DNA of 64,000 nucleotides, taken from the IMG/VR virus record IMGVR_UViG_3300010149_000010. One strand, written 5' to 3'. Source of the DNA: a virus. Below are positions 58,460 through 64,000 of the stretch, in pieces. The first letter of the stretch is position 1; the number at the start of each line of letters is the position of its first letter. The notes under the pieces were generated by a model. That model did not search any database and was not told the origin of the DNA. It worked only from the letters and a program-made list of their open reading frames with translations. The translations under genes were made by a program, and so were the position numbers.

Positions 58460-61384
58460 TTAAATGCCGCTTGCAGGTGGTTCAAGAGTAAGATCAATAC
58501 TAATAGCTTCGATAGATAATGGCGGAATAAATGTTACAGAAAGTCTAACAATGCCATTAATTCTATCAAGCTGAGATCCACGCAATTGCGCGCTGAGCCT
58601 CTGAGCATACCCCAGTTGCACCAAGCTTCTACAAACACCATCTAGCCGTTGAGCCAAACTTGAAATCTGCTGATCAGTATAAGCAGAACCAATAATCTGC
58701 ATGCACTCATTTCGCATTCTTGTAAGGATGGCATTTCCCGCTAGAATAGACGAAACCTTACTGTAATCAGATGTTCTCAAAGCTGCAGTGTAAATCGAAG
58801 AAATCACTCCAGTTTGATCAATCATGCAAATTCTAAGTGCAGCAAGGTTATCTAAAACAGCTCTCGGCGTTCTTTGCTGCGCATCAAAACCAGCAATTCT
58901 ACCTCGAATCGGCCCAATAGGCTCCGTTCCAGGCTCTAGAACTGAAAGTAAGCCAGCAATCATTGGCCCAGCATTCCCAATATAAGGATTTGTTCTGCCA
59001 ATATTGATCTTCCTGCCGTTTGTTGAAATGCTTGATTGCGGGTCTTGAATCAAGCCATAAGCACCTACAACGATAACATGTTTTCCTAAATCAATAGGGT
59101 TGCCAAGCGAATCAATTGCCTCATCGGTATCATCAATCCCATATGGAATCCCATTAGGTAGCAAATCTCCATTGGTAAGGATTACACCGCCAAAAGCAGC
59201 TCCCCCTCTGTAATCGACTGCTCCAGCCAAAAGCTTTGTACCTAGAACACCACTACCATTCTGGATTACCTTAACATCACCATTACTTTCTACTCGATAA
59301 GTTGCGGGATTTCCTGCCCAAGCAGAAACTCCGTTTCTGCTTCTAGAAGGGGGTGAGCATGGCACTACCGCAATAGTCTGAGAGTAATTCGTAGACGCTT
59401 TGTAGGCTGCAGTAGCAGACTGATGTAAGAAAGATACTTCCCTGACTTCAACGTTTGAAGCTACCAAAGCAATACTTCCTTTAAGCGCTCCATCGATTAA
59501 GTTGCCATTGTAAACTGGATCCGTGAACGTTAGAATCCTTGACATAACTGCTTCTGGAATAACGTTTCCAGTAAGCTCAAAGTGACTCATGAAAAACGGG
59601 TCTACCTCAATTCTCTCTGGAGACTGAAGCGCGTACAAGCTTAAAGCCCTGCTACCATCAACCATTGAAGGTCGAAGTCGAACAACATTTACAAGGTCGC
59701 CCTCATCGAATCTTTGACCATCAATTTCCAAGGTTGCAAATGGTGTTTGAACCTCAATAGTTCCTTGGTAATCTGCAGCTTTGTAAATATCATACTCTGC
59801 TTCACTTTGACCCTCAACATTTACTTCCGTCCATGCAGCACCAATATAACCAGCATGGTCTTGCTCATTTAATGAAGTACGGTCATCAAAACCGTTACCT
59901 GCACCGTCGTTTTCGTTATTGTCACTAAATACACCAGCACCATCAGCTTTTAAAGCATCGTATTGAGCTTCACTAAATCCAATAGCGTCTACACCGTTTC
60001 CTGCAAAAGCGCCTAGTGCTTCAAATTCAACTTCATTCCTACCAAAAGTGTCATCAATGTCAGCTCTATCACAATCGAAAGAAACATGGCACTGGATTAA
60101 ACCTTTTTCATCAAAGAAAGATTCAACTTCAGTACTAGAGCCTGAAGCTTTTGGATGCATATGAAATTCTACAAGATTTAAAACGTCACCCACGCTTGCT
60201 TGCTTACTGCTGATTTTGTATTTCACACCATCATAAATGTATTCAGGGGCAACATTTGAATCACTGAAAGGATTTTTCCTGGCACTCATAAAGACGTGTG
60301 GGCGGCCATTGAACTCATATTTCCACATGTAGCCAAGGCTATTTTTCTGCCATGAAGCTTGAGCTCTCAAATCCATGCTGTTCGAAAGCTCAACTGCGCC
60401 AACATCTGCATAACATTTATCACAGTGTAAGAATGCAAGGTTTTCAAACTCAAGCTCATCGTAAGCTACCTCATTAGCAGCATATCTTTCACAATGATTA
60501 ATAAAATCGCCATTAGTACCTCCAAGGCCTCTAACCTTAAGCTCTCCACCAACATTTTCAGCGTTAAAGTCTGAAAGACTTTTGCTCTTTAACGCAAATT
60601 CATCAACAATTTTAATCTTGCTTAAATAACCGTCAAGAACTTCAACACCATTTAATGAAGAGGTTCCGTTTAAGTTAATTGAAGAGTTGCTTTGCATGCC
60701 AGCTTTAATGTCTGCCAATCTGTAAATTTCTTCAAGACTTGGATCAGTAGCATTCAAAATATTATCTTCGAATGTATCTGGAGTGTAAAGGAAATAACCT
60801 GCAGGAACGTTTAGCTCAACATCAAAAAGAGCCTCTGCAACGCTAGGTATCAAGATTCCTTCACTGTCAAAAACAGGCCTAGCGCTATCAGTGTTAAAAA
60901 TGATTGCTCTTTGACGTATCAGAGATCCCTCCCTGAAAGGCATTAGAATCAAACCCAATTGATCTTGAGTTGATTTTAAACCCTCTTCTGTTTTCGTTTC
61001 TCGAGTGGCAAAAGGTGTAATTCTGATCCACGCTTCTTTTTCTTGCATGCCTGCAGTGCTTTTTTCAAAGAACATGTGGTAAGGTTTAGCGCCAATCCTC
61101 ATCACGCTAAGCGGGGTCCGGTCGCCAGCAATGCTTTGTGCAGCTGCAACAACCTTTGTTACATCACTTTTTACGTTAAATTCTCTTGCAGCGTCTTGAA
61201 CTGCCACGACAGAAGATGCAGCTCTGTAAGCTTGTACGTCAAGGCCTGATTGGGCAGTAGCCGTCATCATCAGTCCAGGGCCAGTTGCAGGAGAATTTGC
61301 TGCTTGCCTCCGCATATTGTTGTCATTATAGGTGGCTGTCATTTCACCTGCAATGTTTGTATAAGTTAAATTTTCGTATGCCAT
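58460..61384 (-). CDS. Contractile tail sheath protein
   Basis: C-terminal GIVRLSVTFIPPLSIEAISIDLTL is typical of sheaths; AGGAG SD; precedes the tube gene. Confidence 0.85.
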   Translation of the reverse strand: MAYENLTYTNIAGEMTATYNDNNMRRQAANSPATGPGLMMTATAQSGLDVQAYRAASSVVAVQDAAREFNVKSDVTKVVAAAQSIAGDRTPLSVMRIGAKPYHMFFEKSTAGMQEKEAWIRITPFATRETKTEEGLKSTQDQLGLILMPFREGSLIRQRAIIFNTDSARPVFDSEGILIPSVAEALFDVELNVPAGYFLYTPDTFEDNILNATDPSLEEIYRLADIKAGMQSNSSINLNGTSSLNGVEVLDGYLSKIKIVDEFALKSKSLSDFNAENVGGELKVRGLGGTNGDFINHCERYAANEVAYDELEFENLAFLHCDKCYADVGAVELSNSMDLRAQASWQKNSLGYMWKYEFNGRPHVFMSARKNPFSDSNVAPEYIYDGVKYKISSKQASVGDVLNLVEFHMHPKASGSSTEVESFFDEKGLIQCHVSFDCDRADIDDTFGRNEVEFEALGAFAGNGVDAIGFSEAQYDALKADGAGVFSDNNENDGAGNGFDDRTSLNEQDHAGYIGAAWTEVNVEGQSEAEYDIYKAADYQGTIEVQTPFATLEIDGQRFDEGDLVNVVRLRPSMVDGSRALSLYALQSPERIEVDPFFMSHFELTGNVIPEAVMSRILTFTDPVYNGNLIDGALKGSIALVASNVEVREVSFLHQSATAAYKASTNYSQTIAVVPCSPPSRSRNGVSAWAGNPATYRVESNGDVKVIQNGSGVLGTKLLAGAVDYRGGAAFGGVILTNGDLLPNGIPYGIDDTDEAIDSLGNPIDLGKHVIVVGAYGLIQDPQSSISTNGRKINIGRTNPYIGNAGPMIAGLLSVLEPGTEPIGPIRGRIAGFDAQQRTPRAVLDNLAALRICMIDQTGVISSIYTAALRTSDYSKVSSILAGNAILTRMRNECMQIIGSAYTDQQISSLAQRLDGVCRSLVQLGYAQRLSAQLRGSQLDRINGIVRLSVTFIPPLSIEAISIDLTLEPPASGI

Positions 61385-61423
61385 TTGATAACTCCTGTGT
61401 CATAAGTTACGCGTAAAATAAAT

Positions 61424-62146
61424 TTATGAGGATAAGATTTTTAAATTAATAAGCGCTTTTTTTATTACTGAATAAGCTTTTGCATCGAATTCCCTGAATC
61501 TCAAAAAGAATCTTATGGGTCTTGAAAAAACTCTTTGACCATTTATACTCATATAATTGTCAGTTAGTCTTTCTTTCCAGAAAAATCTTTCTGCTCCTTT
61601 TAGCTCAAAAGCAAAAGCAGAGTTTACGAATAGCTTTTCCAACCATATTGCGCGTTTATTAGCCAGTTTGTTTGAGGTCGCCCAACAATTGAATTCTATT
61701 ACATGATCCACGGGTCTCGACTCCACTGTAATTATTTTGTTCGGCATGTTCGGTCGCATCTCTTGGTGCGAATATGTCGCTTTTCGATGCGGCCTATCTG
61801 TACCTTTAGTATTCATCATTCCTGGCTTTCTTTCGACCACCTTAAAAGTGATCACTTCACTACCATAGTCGTCCATGTTTTCAGGCGGATACTCTTCTAC
61901 TAGCCGAACTTTAGCTTTTTCCCTAACCCCGTCTTTGTTTTGAGAGTCTTCTATTATTTTTTGTGCTACATCAAAAAAACTATCAAGAGTTAAAGGCGCA
62001 GTATTTACCATAAAGACTCTATCCAAGTTTATGTTATATGGATTTCTTAAAATAAAATCTTCAGGAGCTAAAACCTCTGAAGATATATTTCCCAATCCGT
62101 CTACAACATGTATGAGTATTTGGTCGTTATTACGATAATCATGCAT
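61424..62146 (-). CDS. Tail terminator / completion-like protein
   Basis: Immediately upstream of the sheath; DHVIEFNCWATSNKLANKRAIWLE. Confidence 0.6.
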   Translation of the reverse strand: MHDYRNNDQILIHVVDGLGNISSEVLAPEDFILRNPYNINLDRVFMVNTAPLTLDSFFDVAQKIIEDSQNKDGVREKAKVRLVEEYPPENMDDYGSEVITFKVVERKPGMMNTKGTDRPHRKATYSHQEMRPNMPNKIITVESRPVDHVIEFNCWATSNKLANKRAIWLEKLFVNSAFAFELKGAERFFWKERLTDNYMSINGQRVFSRPIRFFLRFREFDAKAYSVIKKALINLKILSS

Positions 62147-62698
62147 TTAAATATTCTCTCTTATAGAACTGTCTTCTCTGCAATAAACGGCAATGTATTC
62201 AACCCGACCATTATCTGCTCGGTATTTCTGAATCGTTTCAGGTCTGTAAACTGTCTCTCTTTTGTATGGTACTAATAGCTTTCCTTCAATATCAAGAGAC
62301 AACTGAATTATTTTATCTCTGTAAGATAATTTTTCGTCATATCTTAAATAAAATATTTTATAATCAGTTCTTATTTCACCTGCAGCTATTCTTTTCATCC
62401 TGTTACCTTTCCCACCGTCTGCTCCTACTAGACTAGAATAACAGCGAGAAAATCTTTCATCCCAGATGTATCCCTCCCCCAAGCAGTGCTTACACTCAGT
62501 CTCCCCATCCGCTTCATCTGTCAACTGAGATACGCAAGCACATTTTATTAATTCATTTTCACTGTTTTTCCGAGCCGCTCTTATTAAAATTAAATGGTTG
62601 TGTGGTTTGCAGCCTCCAATACCAAAAACTATGTTATCGAATTCTTTGCGCAAATCTATTTCGCACCCATGAGATTCATCAAAGCTTCTAATGCTCAT
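62147..62698 (-). CDS. Neck / head-closure-like protein with CxC...CxxC motif
   Basis: KCAC...CKHCLGEGY; syntenic position upstream of terminator and sheath. Confidence 0.6.
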   Translation of the reverse strand: MSIRSFDESHGCEIDLRKEFDNIVFGIGGCKPHNHLILIRAARKNSENELIKCACVSQLTDEADGETECKHCLGEGYIWDERFSRCYSSLVGADGGKGNRMKRIAAGEIRTDYKIFYLRYDEKLSYRDKIIQLSLDIEGKLLVPYKRETVYRPETIQKYRADNGRVEYIAVYCREDSSIRENI

Positions 62699-63759
62699 TT
62701 CCTGTTGCCTCGTTTTATTTGAGTGTACTCAAGATCAGTAAAAGGAGTGAAACCATGCTTATATTTGTTTTCTCCAAAAGCCCTGTATTTTGAATTTTGG
62801 CTAGGCTGAACATATCCTTCCACCCAAGGGTCGTGCCATTCTCTCGAAGTTTGGTACCCCCTTGATTTTCTGCTTTTTTCCGCAAATGCAGGCCCCAGAC
62901 CCTGTCCATTTACAATACACCCTCCTGCATTTACGACCCTCCACCATTCATCTCTTTCAGCTTTTAGCTCTTTGATTAAATCTTTAAGTTCAAAGTCTAA
63001 GCTATCTTTGTTTTGAATCATCAAATCTCCAAGTTGTTTCTGCTTGCCATCGGAACCTGCAGTTCCTATTGGCATACTAAACAACCTCAAAGCCGCATCG
63101 TACATCACAAACCTGCTTCTTGCAAAATAGTACCTCTCAGAATTTGGCTTTCTTCCTGTTATGTTGTCTGCCTCTAGGGAAGACCAGTGAATCGATAACG
63201 CTATTGTATCGTCAGGCACACTGTTAGCCCAGCCACCCATTTCCATTCTTAACATCTCTACTGATGCATAAAACGGATTGTACTCTGTAGTGAAGAATAG
63301 GTTGTAATCTTTCAGTAAAGCGTTTCCGTCTACATCTTTTATGTCTTTCAAATTGATCAACACTAGGCTGTTAAAATCTAAACCGCATTTAGGTTGGATT
63401 ACATTGCCTCCTCCAATTACTTGTAGCTCGCTTTCAAAAACAATGTTTTCTCCCAAAAGGCCTACAGTCCAAAAATCTTTCCAAGTTCCCTTTTGGTTAA
63501 AAGAAAAAGCTACATAATAGAATCCAACATCTATTTTCGTCACTTGCAATCCGGGATCAACAACGTTTCCATCTGGATCTTCAAAAATAACTGTGGCCCC
63601 GTTTATATCGCTGGGCTTCCCGCAACTGTCAGTAAAAAGCATTTTTAATTTTACTTCCTCACCAACAGTGAAGCATTGACGTTCACATTTAATCTTTTTA
63701 GTTTTTTTTGGAACTTGAATAGGGGTTCCGCAATTTTCATTTTTGTTAGAGCAGCTCAT
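62695..63759 (-). CDS. Head-tail adaptor/neck-like protein with N-terminal Ig-like domain
   Basis: GEEVKL...DPDG...VGFYY...GTW Ig-like segment; helical C-terminal half with KQLGDLMI. Confidence 0.55.
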   Translation of the reverse strand: MSCSNKNENCGTPIQVPKKTKKIKCERQCFTVGEEVKLKMLFTDSCGKPSDINGATVIFEDPDGNVVDPGLQVTKIDVGFYYVAFSFNQKGTWKDFWTVGLLGENIVFESELQVIGGGNVIQPKCGLDFNSLVLINLKDIKDVDGNALLKDYNLFFTTEYNPFYASVEMLRMEMGGWANSVPDDTIALSIHWSSLEADNITGRKPNSERYYFARSRFVMYDAALRLFSMPIGTAGSDGKQKQLGDLMIQNKDSLDFELKDLIKELKAERDEWWRVVNAGGCIVNGQGLGPAFAEKSRKSRGYQTSREWHDPWVEGYVQPSQNSKYRAFGENKYKHGFTPFTDLEYTQIKRGNRK

Positions 63760-63772
63760 GATACACCTTAGC

Positions 63773-64000
63773 TTATATTTCCAAAGTTATAGTGTCTCCA
63801 GACACCGAAATGATTTTAAAAACTTTCTGCGGCCGATTAGATCTAGTCCCACCAGATCCGTCAAAAACACCACTGACAGAATGTGACTCAAGGGTTACGC
63901 TTTCTTGGGTCACACTTGCTGGGTCTATTTCTTTGTTAAATTTAATAAAGATTTTATTTAAATCTAACCTGACATTTACTTCTCCATCCGCAGGATTCAT
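63773..64000 (-). CDS. Probably 5'-truncated protein ending in a Big_5/SbsA-type Ig-like domain
   Basis: PADGEVNV....IFIKFNKEIDPASV pattern; the frame runs to the window edge. Confidence 0.7.
   Translation of the reverse strand: MNPADGEVNVRLDLNKIFIKFNKEIDPASVTQESVTLESHSVSGVFDGSGGTRSNRPQKVFKIISVSGDTITLEI

Noticed and set aside
8221-62909. Many short antisense or nested ORFs from the track (e.g. 41442-42116 +, 45144-45506 +, 24332-24586 -)
   Set aside because: They lie entirely within long, motif-bearing genes and have shadow-like Ser/Leu/Phe-rich composition.
1-64000. Stop-codon reassignment (TAG or TGA), as in some large phages
   Set aside because: Standard-code ORFs tile the window densely, up to 3464 aa, and TAA, TAG and TGA all end genes at sensible boundaries.
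8106-64000. Bacterial contractile injection system (eCIS, tailocin or T6SS) rather than phage
   Set aside because: Neck-like genes, giant virion proteins and an adjacent phage-type primase-helicase and resolvase block favour a phage, although capsid and terminase lie outside the window.

Overview
This is a gene-dense, AT-rich 64 kb segment of a large (jumbo-type) myovirus-like phage genome in the standard genetic code. I found no rRNA, tRNA, CRISPR array or mobile element. Two convergent blocks meet at ~8.1 kb. (1) The + strand block (1-8109) holds replication, recombination and accessory genes: the unannotated 3' end of an IMPDH/GMP-reductase-family gene, a fused DnaG-type primase/DnaB-type helicase, two small membrane proteins, three PD-(D/E)XK-type nucleases (Cas4-like, DUF559-like, Holliday-junction-resolvase-like), a ClpP-like protease, a possible sigma-like HTH protein and a 25-aa CxxC micro-ORF. 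(2) The - strand block (64000 down to 8106) is a contractile-tail morphogenesis operon: neck and terminator proteins, a 974-aa sheath, four tail-tube paralogues (one with TSP3 Ca-binding repeats), two paralogous assembly chaperones, three giant proteins (1465, 2395 and 3464 aa), baseplate genes, fibre-like genes and a holin-like gene. The main candidate discovery is the 2395-aa protein at the tape-measure position. It carries, in the expected order, motifs resembling a single-chain two-barrel RNA polymerase (EG...K-x6-K...RNP...GDFDAD) with a large HhH-containing insertion. It also has hydrophobic termini and shares a C-terminal motif with the adjacent tape-measure-like protein. This suggests a virion RNA polymerase delivered through the tail. 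All family assignments come from motif recognition by eye; no database searches were run.
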